A DNA stretch of 53,488 nucleotides from an uncultured Ignavibacteriales bacterium (GCA_964516945.1 CAZFAL010000002.1:1-53488), one strand, 5' to 3'; shown: positions 20,245 to 30,365, numbered from the stretch's first letter. The notes: generated from the letters alone by a model not told the origin. Program-made: numbers and translations.

Positions 20245-22131
20245 TCACAACTTCTGCGGTGGCTCCGGCTTTGGAGCGCTGAGTTGTACAACGAGAACCG
20301 GAATAGAAACATCATGACGAACCTTGGAAGACGTTTCACCAAAAACCACATCGCCAAAGCCCTGATGACCGTGTGAGCCGAACACCAGAAAATCTATCTC
20401 CAGTTTCTTGACAAGATGGACTATTTCCTCGCCGGCGTTTCCATAGCGGATTTCAATATCAACTTGAATGTTCCGCTCTTCGATTTCATGCGCCAGACTG
20501 CCAAGGTACTCCTCATCTTCTCGTGAATGCAAACTGTCACTTTCTTCGCCGAGCATGTATGTGCCCGGTGTTTCAACAACATGGATGAGCGTCACAGAGG
20601 CGGATTGTTGTCTGGCCAGTGTCAGCGCCGCAGATATGATTTCTGCGTCACCTTCGCTATGTTCAAGGGCAACTCCAATATGTCTGTAGGCCACCGGCTT
20701 GATTTCGCTGGCAATACGTTCAATCGCGTATGTTTTTCTGTCAGCGTTTATCCAGTGGCCGGATGATTTCGAGAAGGCGCGATAGGTAATATAGGACAGC
20801 GCTCCCAGCAGAAACACTGCGGCGAAGAGAGTTGAAATCCATATCCAGAATGGTTCATCGGTCAGCCAACCGGTCAACTCGTCAAACACAAGCTTGAGAT
20901 TCAGGGCAATAATAATCACAGCTATCAACCAGGCGGTGATTTTTAGCCAGAGCTTATTGGCGAATTTGCCCATTTTGTTCTTGTCTGAGGTAAAATGAAT
21001 CAACGGTATTGTCGCAAAGGGCAATTGTAAACTGAGTATGACCTGAGAGAGAATCAACATCTCATACGTTCCTTCACTACCGGAAATCGCAATCACAATT
21101 ACCGCCGGAATCAGGGCCAAACTTCGTGTCAGGAGTCGGCGAAGCCAGGGGCGAAGTTTGATATTCAGAAACCCTTCCATGACAATCTGACCGGAAAGTG
21201 TGCCTGTCAGAGTAGAGCTTTGTCCGGCGGCAAGAAGCGCCAGAGCGAAGGCGACCGGAGCGATATTGTTGCCGAGAATCGGAGCTAACAATTCATGCGC
21301 CTGCTGAATCTCCGTCACCACAATCCCGCGACTAAAAAATACCGCCGCCGCCATCACCAGGATCGCGGCATTCACAAAAAAGGCCGCGTTCAACGCTACG
21401 GCAGTGTCTATCAGGTTGAATTTGCAGGCGGCCAACCGCGCGGAGAATGTATTGGAGATTCTACGTGATTGCACCAGTGAGGAATGCAGGTACAGATTAT
21501 GTGGCATCACTGTTGCGCCAATGATTCCGATGGCGATATAGAGTGACGAACTGTCGATATGGGGAATGAATCCTTTGGCAACGGCGCTCCAGCTCGGTTC
21601 GGCGAAGAAAATCTCTATGACAAAGCAAGCGCCAATCGTGCCCACAAGCATCACAATAAACGCCTCCATGCGCCGGACCCCGAGACGTTGAATAAGCAAC
21701 AGAAGAAATGTATCAAACGCAGTGATTGCCGCGCCCCACAGAAGCGGGAGACCGAAAAGCAGGTTGAGCCCGATGATAGTGCCGATGACCTCGGCGAGGT
21801 CGGTGGCGGCGATAGCGATTTCCGCCAGAAACCACAAGAAAAGATTGACCGGCTTAGGATATTCCCGGCGACAACCCTGAGCCAGGTCATACCCGGTGAC
21901 AATTCCCAACCGCGCTGAAAGCGTCTGCAGAACCAGCGCCATCAGATTCGACATCAATATCACCCAAATCAGGGCGTAGCCGAATCTTGCGCCGCCCTCG
22001 ATATCTGTCGCCCAGTTACCCGGGTCCATATATCCGATGCTGACTAAATAAGCCGGGCCGATGAAGGCAAACAGTCGGCGAAACCAATTACCCTTTTTGA
22101 CGATTACCTGGTTTGGTTTATTGCTGTTCAT
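20245..22131 (-). CDS. mntH: Nramp-family divalent metal transporter fused to a C-terminal universal stress protein (USP) domain
   Basis: GPAYLVSIGYMDPGNWATDIEGG (DPGN motif) and about 11 hydrophobic segments. C-terminal ~150 aa with LIHVVE ... VFGSHGHQGFGDVVFGETSSKVRHDVSIPVLVV. Confidence 0.85.
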   Translation of the reverse strand: MNSNKPNQVIVKKGNWFRRLFAFIGPAYLVSIGYMDPGNWATDIEGGARFGYALIWVILMSNLMALVLQTLSARLGIVTGYDLAQGCRREYPKPVNLFLWFLAEIAIAATDLAEVIGTIIGLNLLFGLPLLWGAAITAFDTFLLLLIQRLGVRRMEAFIVMLVGTIGACFVIEIFFAEPSWSAVAKGFIPHIDSSSLYIAIGIIGATVMPHNLYLHSSLVQSRRISNTFSARLAACKFNLIDTAVALNAAFFVNAAILVMAAAVFFSRGIVVTEIQQAHELLAPILGNNIAPVAFALALLAAGQSSTLTGTLSGQIVMEGFLNIKLRPWLRRLLTRSLALIPAVIVIAISGSEGTYEMLILSQVILSLQLPFATIPLIHFTSDKNKMGKFANKLWLKITAWLIAVIIIALNLKLVFDELTGWLTDEPFWIWISTLFAAVFLLGALSYITYRAFSKSSGHWINADRKTYAIERIASEIKPVAYRHIGVALEHSEGDAEIISAALTLARQQSASVTLIHVVETPGTYMLGEESDSLHSREDEEYLGSLAHEIEERNIQVDIEIRYGNAGEEIVHLVKKLEIDFLVFGSHGHQGFGDVVFGETSSKVRHDVSIPVLVVQLSAPKPEPPQKL

Positions 22132-22439
22132 CGTCTGGGTTTGGTTGTCCGTCTCTGTTCAGTTCAATATGCGTGCGACGCGCCCTATTACCTTAGGGTA
22201 ACAAGGCGCAATGATAGTTGAAACAAACAGCTTTGTCAAGAAAACCGACCGCATGGCAGGGGCAATGCGGGCTGGACTGCGTAATCACAGGAATCAGATA
22301 ATCAATCAAAGAATCAATCAAAGAAACACAGCAGAATATGAAGGAAACAGAATTCAATATGTGGTGTTTCGGTGTATGAAAGAATGGTATATTTATCAAC
22401 GGACATCGGAAGAACGCACACGTAAACAAGAGCACATCA

Positions 22440-22507
22440 CGAAACCACAGCATTCTCGAAACCACAGTATTCACGAAGCCAACCAAACTATGAAACCACA
22501 GATAGTA
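22440..22507. repeat. 4 x 17-nt tandem repeat spanning the nfi start codon
   Basis: cgaaaccacagcattct (22440-22456), cgaaaccacagtattca (22457-22473), cgaagccaaccaaacta (22474-22490), tgaaaccacagatagta (22491-22507). A perfect 12-nt x2 repeat (aatcaatcaaag) also lies at 22300-22323. Confidence 0.9.
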
Positions 22508-23236
22508 CATAGCTGGCCCGGACGGTATTCCGATATTCGCAAGATTCAGAGGGAAATCCTGGCGCCGGAGATTGATCTCTACGGCTCGCCGCCTGAAAGA
22601 GGGCTGGTTCTCGGGATTGAATGCGTGTTTCGTGAACCTTCACAACGGATTTATTGCGCCGCTGTTTTGATGCGCTACCCCGGCTTCACCGAGATAGAGC
22701 GCAGTTTGCTTATCGGCAAGGCGCCTTTCCCGCCGAATCCTGAGATTTCATCATTCCGCGAGGGGAGGACAATTGTCGAAGCGTTAGAGCAAATACAAGC
22801 GCATCCGGATCTGCTGATGATTCACGGCGAAGGTGTTAATTCCGTCAGCGGAATAGGTATTGCAACTCACATGGGAATTATTTACGATATACCGTCAGTC
22901 GGCTGTTCGCGACGTCGTCTTATGTCGATTCCCAAACCTCGTGTCGGTCGCCCGAAAAACTCGGTGGCGAAAGTAGTGCGTGAGGGTAAAGAGATTGGTA
23001 TTGCGCTTCGCTCAAGAGCCGGAGTGAAGTCTATTTATATTTCCCCGGGTTATCGACTGGGAATGAGCGAATCACTACAATTCGTGCGGCACATGTTGCG
23101 GGGATTTCGCACACCGGAGCCGATACGCGTGGCGCATCTTCTGGCAACCCGGCTTCGCTCACAAACAGAGCGTCAGGAACGAGACAATCAGAAAACAGGC
23201 CGAGGCGCCAAACAGATAACTCTTGCAAAGAGATGA
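22490..23236 (+). CDS. nfi: Endonuclease V (deoxyinosine 3' endonuclease)
   Basis: The conserved core starts after Met at 22490. Motifs LLMIHGEGVNSVSGIGIATHMGIIYDIPSVGCSRRRL. The upstream 93 codons of the ORF (from 22211) are low-complexity repeat-derived sequence. Basic C-terminal tail. Confidence 0.8.
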   Translation: MKPQIVHSWPGRYSDIRKIQREILAPEIDLYGSPPERGLVLGIECVFREPSQRIYCAAVLMRYPGFTEIERSLLIGKAPFPPNPEISSFREGRTIVEALEQIQAHPDLLMIHGEGVNSVSGIGIATHMGIIYDIPSVGCSRRRLMSIPKPRVGRPKNSVAKVVREGKEIGIALRSRAGVKSIYISPGYRLGMSESLQFVRHMLRGFRTPEPIRVAHLLATRLRSQTERQERDNQKTGRGAKQITLAKR

Positions 23237-23267
23237 CAGAAAACAATCAAGAGCAGTGTCAATACTC

Positions 23268-24518
23268 ATGACCCGCATGCAAAACAAACAAAACACCGGA
23301 AAAGAACCTTCAGCGGCTGATACAAGTCAGATGGACGAGTTAATCCGTCAAAAGGCCAAAGAGCTACATCCCTATCTGATCAAAGTGCGCAGGCATTTAC
23401 ATCGTCATCCGGAGATTTCGAATGAAGAATTCGAAACAACAAAATACCTGAAAACAGAGCTGGCGAAAATCAAACTCAAGCCCTTTCCGCTGAAAGCGCC
23501 GACTGGAATTCTGACTGAACTGTCCGGTGGGCTGGACGGGCCGACAGTTGCGGTGCGCACAGACATTGACGCGCTCCCGATTCTCGAAAAAACAGGCCTG
23601 CCGTTCGCATCAACCATTGATGGCAGAATGCACGCCTGCGGTCATGACACACATATGGCGACCGTTCTGGGAACCGCTCAACTTCTTGCCGGGATGCGTG
23701 AATACATCCCCGGTAATGTGCGTTTTCTATTTCAACCGGCTGAGGAAATGCCTCCGGGTGGAGCGCGACCTCTCATTGAAGAAGGGGCGCTGGAAAACCC
23801 GACTGTCTGTTGTATTCTCGGCCTGCATGTTGACCCGCGCGTGAAAACAGGTAAAATCGGCCTGCGCGATGGCCCGACTATGGCCTCGGTAACAGACATA
23901 AATATCACCATCACCGGCCACTCGGCCCATGCGGCGCGTCCGCAAGAAGGCGTTGACGCTATCGTGGTCGCCGCAGAGATTGTCGGCTCGCTGCAACGCA
24001 TTGTCAGCCGTGAAACTGACCCGCTTCATCCGGTCGCGCTGACTATCGGCAAAATTGAAGGCGGGACAGCGAGAAATGTCATTGCCTCGCAGGCAAAGCT
24101 GACAATGACACTGCGGGCGATTCATGGCTCTGACGCCAAACGCGCCCGCAAGGCGATTGTGCGCTGTGTTAATGGTGTCTGCAAAGCTTATGGCGCAACC
24201 GGGAATGTGGAAGTTGTCGCCGAGTATCCGGCGCTTTCAAATACTCCGGGTGTCAATCAGTGTTTCGCAGAGTCGTTTACTTCCCTGTTTGGTAAGAACC
24301 GCGTTATTGAAACCGACCAGGTTCTTGGAGGAGAGGATTTTGCCTGCTACCTCGAGCATGTACCAGGCGCACAGGTTCGATTGGGAATCCGCAACCCTGC
24401 TATCGGAGCCACAGAGGGCTGGCATTCTGACCGTTTTGTTGTGGACGAAGAGGCCATATATTACGGTGTCGCCCTGATGGCGAAAACAGTAATTGTGGCG
24501 CTGAAGTCATTTGCATAA
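23268..24518 (+). CDS. M20-family amidohydrolase (N-acyl-L-amino acid amidohydrolase / hippurate hydrolase-like)
   Basis: HRHPEISNEEFETTKYL, ACGHDTHMA and QPAEEMPPGGA motifs. The ORF opens with TTG at 23223 and the first ATG is at 23268. Confidence 0.8.
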   Translation: MTRMQNKQNTGKEPSAADTSQMDELIRQKAKELHPYLIKVRRHLHRHPEISNEEFETTKYLKTELAKIKLKPFPLKAPTGILTELSGGLDGPTVAVRTDIDALPILEKTGLPFASTIDGRMHACGHDTHMATVLGTAQLLAGMREYIPGNVRFLFQPAEEMPPGGARPLIEEGALENPTVCCILGLHVDPRVKTGKIGLRDGPTMASVTDINITITGHSAHAARPQEGVDAIVVAAEIVGSLQRIVSRETDPLHPVALTIGKIEGGTARNVIASQAKLTMTLRAIHGSDAKRARKAIVRCVNGVCKAYGATGNVEVVAEYPALSNTPGVNQCFAESFTSLFGKNRVIETDQVLGGEDFACYLEHVPGAQVRLGIRNPAIGATEGWHSDRFVVDEEAIYYGVALMAKTVIVALKSFA

Positions 24519-24546
24519 TTTGCATAGTTGAGCACAGTTGAGCATA
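24509..24546. repeat. Two back-to-back tandem duplications (atttgcata x2, then gttgagca[c/t]a x2) overlapping the stop codon of the M20 gene
   Basis: Units at 24509-24517, 24518-24526, 24527-24536 and 24537-24546. Confidence 0.9.
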
Positions 24547-24635
24547 GTCACGCATCGCCGAACTCTGCCCTGCATAGCCGGCGCGAATACATCAACCGCT
24601 CGCGTAACGCTCATCCGGTCATTCAGTTGATCTCG

Positions 24636-24680
24636 ATGACATTGATTCTGGTGACATTGATTCTGCTGATACTGATTCTG
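24636..24680. repeat. 3 x 15-nt tandem repeat upstream of the CDS at 24712
   Basis: atgacattgattctg, gtgacattgattctg, ctgatactgattctg, followed by a partial atgatgag. Confidence 0.9.
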
Positions 24681-24711
24681 ATGATGAGCCGACCCGGGGA
24701 AAGCGCCGTAT

Positions 24712-26346
24712 ATGAGTCGCAATAGAGCAGACAACAGACCCGACAACAGGCCAGACAGCGGAACATTCCGAGATTCTACACCCTCTCATAGGCGAAACTA
24801 TCTGGCGTCGATTGGTTTGGCGCTGTCACTACTGTTCTGTGTCTCCCTTCCTACGCCCGGCCGGGCCCAATGGAAATCATTGGACACCTACCGCAAAGAT
24901 TTCCTGACTATCGGAGAGTACACAGACATCACTGCAATCACCGCCACGGATTATTACGCCTACTTCGGTAGCTCATCAGGCATTTTACGTTATGACATTC
25001 TGAACCGGGAGTTTATTGAACCGCTGGGTTTTGACAACGGTCTGGTCGGTACAACAATCAGACGGCTGGCGGCCTCGTTTGACGATGAAAAATTATGGGT
25101 GGAGACCGACTTCGGTATTTATCTCTTTGAGCGGGTGTTTGGCTATTGGACACAAGAATCCAAATTTCCTGCGCTTCAAAACGGCGGCTCGTATGTCCCT
25201 CCGGAGCCGATTCACAATTCGCCATTTGGTTTTACTTACTATCCGGACGGTGTTCTGATGGATGACGCAGGCAGACAATATATTACCGAACCGATTTATC
25301 AGGATAAATTAGGTTATTTATGGCTGGGTGTTCGTGGGTTCGGTCCTGCCCGTAGTGAAGTCAATGGTGGTGATTTGGAATTTCTCCCTTTTGGATTACT
25401 CGAAAAGCAGGTCAGCGCATTGCTTCGAATCGGTGACACATTGCTGGTCGCCGGGTATCTCGGCAACTCATTTCGAGCAGGGTTGACTGAAATCGATTTG
25501 AACACCGGCGCATTCGATTATATTGAACAAGGTGTCACGCAACGTTTTCCGGAAAATGACGTGCTTTCGCTCGGTGAATCAAACCGGGCGCTCCTGATAG
25601 GGACTTCACTGGGATTGTATGAAATCAGCAGGAAAAACCACAGCATACTTGGTAAGTATGACCGCTTCAGTGGCCTGCCCAGCACACAAGTTAATGGGTC
25701 ATTCGGTTTCGGAGACACCCTGCTTGTGGCGACAGAGTTCGGCCTCGGTATTTTGTACAGCGATTCCACCGGCTCTGTGGCGCTCCGCAGGAATCTGCTG
25801 GAGGGCAGCAGGATATACTGTCTTGAGCCGGCATATCCCGGCGGTCGCCTCAAACTCCCTCTTTCCAGCCACGTTCGTCCGCGCTATGTCTGGATAGGGT
25901 CTGAAAGAGGAGCCTATCGACTGAATGTGCGTACGTTCAAGTTGAAAAAACTTACCGATCCGGAGCAGATTCTCGACGGTCCGGTGCGCCAGATACGTGT
26001 TGTCGGCGCCAATCTCTGGTTTCTGGCGCGGGATGGTTTGGTGCGAATCAATGTGCAAACCGGGGAAAGTGAGTCATTCCCGGACATTAATCGATTCTCC
26101 GACCAGACATCATTTGCTGTTAATGAACGGCTCATTGCAATCGGCACGCAATCAGGATTAGTGTTGATTCCATATCAGACAAAAAGCGGTAAGAAAAAGA
26201 AATCAACGACTATCCGGTTTACCATCAATGACGGTTTGCCGTCAAACTACATTTCCGCAGTCGAATTCATCGATGACTTCCTGTGGATTGGCTCCGACAA
26301 CGGCCTGTCACGTTTTTGGTGGGATGACCCGGCGCGAGTTTATTGA
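24712..26346 (+). CDS. Secreted beta-propeller protein with two-component-regulator-propeller (Reg_prop)-like repeats
   Basis: N-terminal hydrophobic segment (LASIGLALSLLFCVSLP). Recurrent G-[IL]-x-x-[FYI] blades (SSGILRYD, FGIYLFE, LGLYEIS, GLGILYSD, RGAYRLN, DGLVRIN, DNGLSRFWWDD). Confidence 0.7.
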   Translation: MSRNRADNRPDNRPDSGTFRDSTPSHRRNYLASIGLALSLLFCVSLPTPGRAQWKSLDTYRKDFLTIGEYTDITAITATDYYAYFGSSSGILRYDILNREFIEPLGFDNGLVGTTIRRLAASFDDEKLWVETDFGIYLFERVFGYWTQESKFPALQNGGSYVPPEPIHNSPFGFTYYPDGVLMDDAGRQYITEPIYQDKLGYLWLGVRGFGPARSEVNGGDLEFLPFGLLEKQVSALLRIGDTLLVAGYLGNSFRAGLTEIDLNTGAFDYIEQGVTQRFPENDVLSLGESNRALLIGTSLGLYEISRKNHSILGKYDRFSGLPSTQVNGSFGFGDTLLVATEFGLGILYSDSTGSVALRRNLLEGSRIYCLEPAYPGGRLKLPLSSHVRPRYVWIGSERGAYRLNVRTFKLKKLTDPEQILDGPVRQIRVVGANLWFLARDGLVRINVQTGESESFPDINRFSDQTSFAVNERLIAIGTQSGLVLIPYQTKSGKKKKSTTIRFTINDGLPSNYISAVEFIDDFLWIGSDNGLSRFWWDDPARVY

Positions 26347-26510
26347 AGCCGTCAAACGATTTTCTACGTAACAGAAGCAGAGAGAGGTTGCAGGAAGCTT
26401 TGCCCGAAAACTCTGCGAGAAGGACAAGGATTCTCACTAATATCTGCCCTGCTCTTCAATCTCTGCAGAGGGCTCTTTGATAAACCGGAAGAACGACATA
26501 TCTTGGACGT

Positions 26511-28076
26511 ATGCGAGCGCGCAATTACATGAACATACAGGTGTCTGCCCTGCGCTTTCATCCCCGGCAAGTCAAGGTCTCCCTTGCAATGTGGGGATTT
26601 GTTTGCGTTATGGCGCTCCAGAGTTTGCTCTTTTCCGGCTCGGTTGCAACTGCGGCTGAGCAGGACCAATTCACTGTTCGGGAATTGTCTGTTGAGGGAT
26701 GGACACTCGGAAGTCTGTTTGGTGATTTCAATGGCGATGGACTCAGTGATGTCGCCATCATCTATATTCCGACGAAAATCCGTGACCAGAGGCGCTTTCT
26801 TGGTCTGTTTGTTCAGGACAAGTCAACAGGCTTCAAATCCACCCCGACAAGTGTTTTCCCGCTTCCGGCGGGCGCCTCATGCTTTCAGGCGACGGATCTG
26901 GATTCAGATGGAAAAGATGAAATTGTTTTTCTCGACGATAAAGGGGCGCTGACATTAGACCCTGTTGGAGCGGATGCGTCAGCATCAAAAAGGATTGTTC
27001 GCCGGAAAACAGTCTATCAACTCACAGACTTTCGCGGAGCCCTGGTTTCGGATTTTGCGCTGGAACTCAACGGTCTGCCGGGTTTGGAACTGGTTCTGCC
27101 GGTCGTCAATGGATTCGCGCTCTTCGAGCAGGGAGAGGATGGCGCATATGTCCTTCTCGGCGAAGTCCAGCTCAAGAGCGCCGGATATCATGCCCGCCCC
27201 GAACGCTTGTTCTTCCGCACAAACACAAAGGCGCAATCGTATGTTGTCGAAACACCGGAGTTGATTGCCGTTGATGCGAACCTTGATAACAATATAGATT
27301 TGTATGTGCTCTACGACAACCGTTCGTATTTGTTCCTTCAAGACAGCGCCGGAGGTTTTTCGCCCACGCCGGACAGATTGCTGGAGCTGACAGAGCTCTC
27401 CGCCGGAGAATCGTGTTATCCGCTGTTAGTCGATTGCAATGGTGATTCACGTCCTGATCTGGTCGCTCTACGGATGAAAGGCGGCATTGCCTCCTCAGAA
27501 TGCAAGGTTGACTTTTACCTCAGCGACAAGTCCGGTTATTTGTCGCAAACCCCCGGCAAAACTCTGCATCTTGAACAAGCGCGTAGCTCTGCGCTGGTCA
27601 CCGATGTCAATGGTGACGGCAAACCGGAGTTGGTCCTGCCGGCTGTGGAGCTGGGAGTTGTGGCAACTATCAAGATGATGATGCAAAAGAAGGGCGGTTT
27701 TGATTTGTTGATATACGATTTGAACAAGGGCGTTCCGTCAGATGATTTTTCGATGCGGAAAAAACTGCCCGTTGCCCTAGATTACACTGAGGAGTATCCC
27801 GAAGCCGGAGCGCTCTTCAATTGGTCCGCAGATTTTAACAATGACGGGATACATGATTTGGTCTACACCGACGGCGCTGACCATTTGGAGATATTCTATG
27901 GCTCTCGCACAAACTATATGGATGATGACAATGCCATTGAAATCACTGTCCCGGAGCCGGCTCAACTTATTCCGATGGAACTCAATGGTGATGGAAAAAT
28001 GGATTTGATTGTTGTGCGCCGGAACTCCGGCAAAATAAATGGTGTGTGGACATTGCTGAATAAGAGCTCCTCGTAA
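26511..28076 (+). CDS. FG-GAP/VCBS repeat protein (secreted)
   Basis: Repeated Ca-binding FG-GAP motifs: FGDFNGDGLSDVAI, DLDSDGKDEIVF, DCNGDSRPDLV, TDVNGDGKPELV, ADFNNDGIHDLVY, ELNGDGKMDLIV. The start may be the internal Met before the signal-like WGFVCVMALQSLLF. Confidence 0.8.
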   Translation: MRARNYMNIQVSALRFHPRQVKVSLAMWGFVCVMALQSLLFSGSVATAAEQDQFTVRELSVEGWTLGSLFGDFNGDGLSDVAIIYIPTKIRDQRRFLGLFVQDKSTGFKSTPTSVFPLPAGASCFQATDLDSDGKDEIVFLDDKGALTLDPVGADASASKRIVRRKTVYQLTDFRGALVSDFALELNGLPGLELVLPVVNGFALFEQGEDGAYVLLGEVQLKSAGYHARPERLFFRTNTKAQSYVVETPELIAVDANLDNNIDLYVLYDNRSYLFLQDSAGGFSPTPDRLLELTELSAGESCYPLLVDCNGDSRPDLVALRMKGGIASSECKVDFYLSDKSGYLSQTPGKTLHLEQARSSALVTDVNGDGKPELVLPAVELGVVATIKMMMQKKGGFDLLIYDLNKGVPSDDFSMRKKLPVALDYTEEYPEAGALFNWSADFNNDGIHDLVYTDGADHLEIFYGSRTNYMDDDNAIEITVPEPAQLIPMELNGDGKMDLIVVRRNSGKINGVWTLLNKSSS

Positions 28077-28096
28077 CAGATTAACGGAATACTCTA

Positions 28097-28999
28097 ATGC
28101 TATCTAATCTCCCTCTCAAGGCGCTGGCGGTCATGCTTGCATTGTTGCTCTGGCTGCATGTGGCGACTGATAAAACCTATGATATCGAGGAAACACTCCC
28201 GGTGAGTGTTGTGTTGACACCTGAAAATCGGGCGCTGGCGGTCGCGCCCCCGGATTCAGTGCGAGTCAGACTGTCGGCTACCGGCAAAACATTCCTGCGT
28301 AGTGGCTGGCGGCGAAAAGGCGTAGCGTTGCGGTTAAGCGAATCTCGTATTGGAACTCGCGAGTCCGATTTGACTACCGGCAATGTCACTATGGTGGACG
28401 GCGCGGACATTGCTCTGCTCGATGTTCTCTCGCCACGCAACTATCGGTTTACTCTTGATGTGGTCGACAGCGCAGTGTTGCCGGTCAGAAGCCGGATAAC
28501 AATCACTCCGGCGTCCGGCTTTGCAGTCGGCCCTGCGGATTCAATCGCTCCGGCGCTGGTCAAAGCGATTGGCCCGAAAAGCGCTATCCAGCGTTTGAAA
28601 TACGCAGTGACGGAAAAACAGGAACTGGATGATGTCAGCAGTGACTTTAATCTCAATGTAGCGCTGGACACGGCGTTGGTGTATGGAGTGCGCTTTGTGC
28701 CGAAGCAAGTGAGCTATCATGTGAATGTCACGGCAGTGCGACAAAAACTTCTTGATAGTGTTTCTGTGGCGCTTCTCAATGCGCCGGAAGCTCACACCGT
28801 TCTCCAGCCCGGTTTCGTGGGTGTTATTGTTTCCGGACCTCTGAAGGAGGCGCAACAGCTAACCGCCGGAGACGTGAGTGTCACTGTCGACTATCTTGCC
28901 AGGGATGCCAGTGGCTACGCTCCGGTGACTGTTTCATTGCCGGCCTCACTCAAATTGATTTCAGTTTCTGACAGTCTTGTGCGTCTCCTCCCAGACTGA
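28097..28999 (+). CDS. YbbR-like domain protein
   Basis: N-terminal anchor LPLKALAVMLALLLWLHV followed by repeated YbbR-like beta modules. No adjacent cdaA. Confidence 0.65.
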   Translation: MLSNLPLKALAVMLALLLWLHVATDKTYDIEETLPVSVVLTPENRALAVAPPDSVRVRLSATGKTFLRSGWRRKGVALRLSESRIGTRESDLTTGNVTMVDGADIALLDVLSPRNYRFTLDVVDSAVLPVRSRITITPASGFAVGPADSIAPALVKAIGPKSAIQRLKYAVTEKQELDDVSSDFNLNVALDTALVYGVRFVPKQVSYHVNVTAVRQKLLDSVSVALLNAPEAHTVLQPGFVGVIVSGPLKEAQQLTAGDVSVTVDYLARDASGYAPVTVSLPASLKLISVSDSLVRLLPD

Positions 29000-29037
29000 C
29001 ACTATACACGATTTCACAAATCATTCTCCCAAAACAA

Positions 29038-30045
29038 ATGCCACAGATAACTCTCGGAATAGAAACCTCCTGTGACGAGACGTCAGTGGCGGTTGTCAAA
29101 GACGGCGCGACGACGCTTTCTAATGTTATCCTCAGTCAGGCGGAGCACTCACTCTTTGGTGGAGTTGTTCCTGAGATTGCCAGTCGCAAGCATGTCAATG
29201 CCATCGGCCCGATTTATCGGCGGGCATTAGACGATGCGGGAATCTCTCTCAAGGAAATAGACGTAATCGCCGCAACTCGTGGCCCCGGTCTAATCGGTTG
29301 TTTGCTTGTGGGGTTGAACTTTGCGCGCGGACTGGCGCTCGGCTCCGGCAAGCCGTTCGTGGCTGTCAATCATCTCGAAGGACACATAGCCGCGAATTTC
29401 CTGACCTATCCTGATTTGGACACGCATCATCTGACCCTGCTCATCTCAGGCGGACATACCTTGCTTGTGGAGTCAAAGGCCTATGGAGATTATCGGGTTC
29501 TCGGACAGACTCGTGACGACGCGGTTGGTGAGGCTTTCGACAAGGTGGCGAAACTTGTCGGCTTAGGATACCCCGGTGGCGCCAGAATCGATGCGCTTGC
29601 CCGGAAGGGAAATCCGCAGGCCGTGAAATTTCCCCGTCCGATGTCCCGCAGTGGAGATTTCGATTTTTCTTTTTCCGGCTTGAAAACCGCTGTGGCGTTG
29701 CATTGGAGCGCGCTCTCTGCAAATGAGCGCAAAGAGACCCTCGCAGATGTAATTGCCTCCTTCCAGGAGGCCGCCGTTGATATTCTGGCGCAAAAAACCA
29801 TCAACGCCGCTGAAGCAGCGCAGGTGAAGACAGTGACCCTCTCAGGCGGTGTTGCCGCCAACAGCCGTCTCCGCCGCCTGCTGACCCAAGAACTCGAGAG
29901 TCGTGGTATCCGCTTTCTCTACCCGGAGCCCGATTTGTGCACCGACAATGCGGCAATGATAGCCGCCGCAGGCTATTTCCAATTTCGCAAATCTGGCCCC
30001 TCCTCTTTCAGCGTTGACGCTGACCCGTCTTTGAGACTCTGTTAG
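29038..30045 (+). CDS. tsaD: tRNA N6-adenosine threonylcarbamoyltransferase
   Basis: LGIETSCDETSVAVV N-terminus, HLEGHI metal-binding motif, length 335 aa. Confidence 0.9.
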   Translation: MPQITLGIETSCDETSVAVVKDGATTLSNVILSQAEHSLFGGVVPEIASRKHVNAIGPIYRRALDDAGISLKEIDVIAATRGPGLIGCLLVGLNFARGLALGSGKPFVAVNHLEGHIAANFLTYPDLDTHHLTLLISGGHTLLVESKAYGDYRVLGQTRDDAVGEAFDKVAKLVGLGYPGGARIDALARKGNPQAVKFPRPMSRSGDFDFSFSGLKTAVALHWSALSANERKETLADVIASFQEAAVDILAQKTINAAEAAQVKTVTLSGGVAANSRLRRLLTQELESRGIRFLYPEPDLCTDNAAMIAAAGYFQFRKSGPSSFSVDADPSLRLC

Positions 30046-30220
30046 AGCTATCGGGTCGCCTGAGAATGAGCTGTCAGTCGCCCGACTGTAAGCTGTTGGC
30101 TTAGTTCGGTTTGCGGCGCGCACTCTCCGGTTTAGGGCTGTGAGTGACTCGTTACAAGCTCCGGCGGTTCTCGTTACACTACTGAATCCAGCGCATTTTC
30201 CGCTCAAGGTCGCCGGTGTC

Positions 30221-30249
30221 TTGACATTTCGCTGGAGGAATAGTAATTT
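30221..30249 (+). promoter_or_regulatory. Sigma70-like promoter candidate (TTGACA-17 nt-TAATTT)
   Basis: ttgaca at 30221-30226, 17-nt spacer, taattt at 30244-30249. It would give a ~0.55-0.6-kb leader ahead of the FadL-like gene. Confidence 0.35.
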
Positions 30250-30365
30250 TGGCAGTCGAATCGCGTCGCGACCCTGCCGCCGCCATGAAGAGGTTTGATT
30301 CACAAGACTTTGATTCAGAGATTCAGAAAACTTTGATTCACATAACCGGGACTACAGAAGCAAAG

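Noticed and set aside
22211-22489. 93-codon N-terminal extension of endonuclease V
   Set aside because: The sequence is low-complexity and derives from the tandem repeats (NQRINQRN, KPQHSRNHS..). The conserved Nfi core begins at the Met at 22490.
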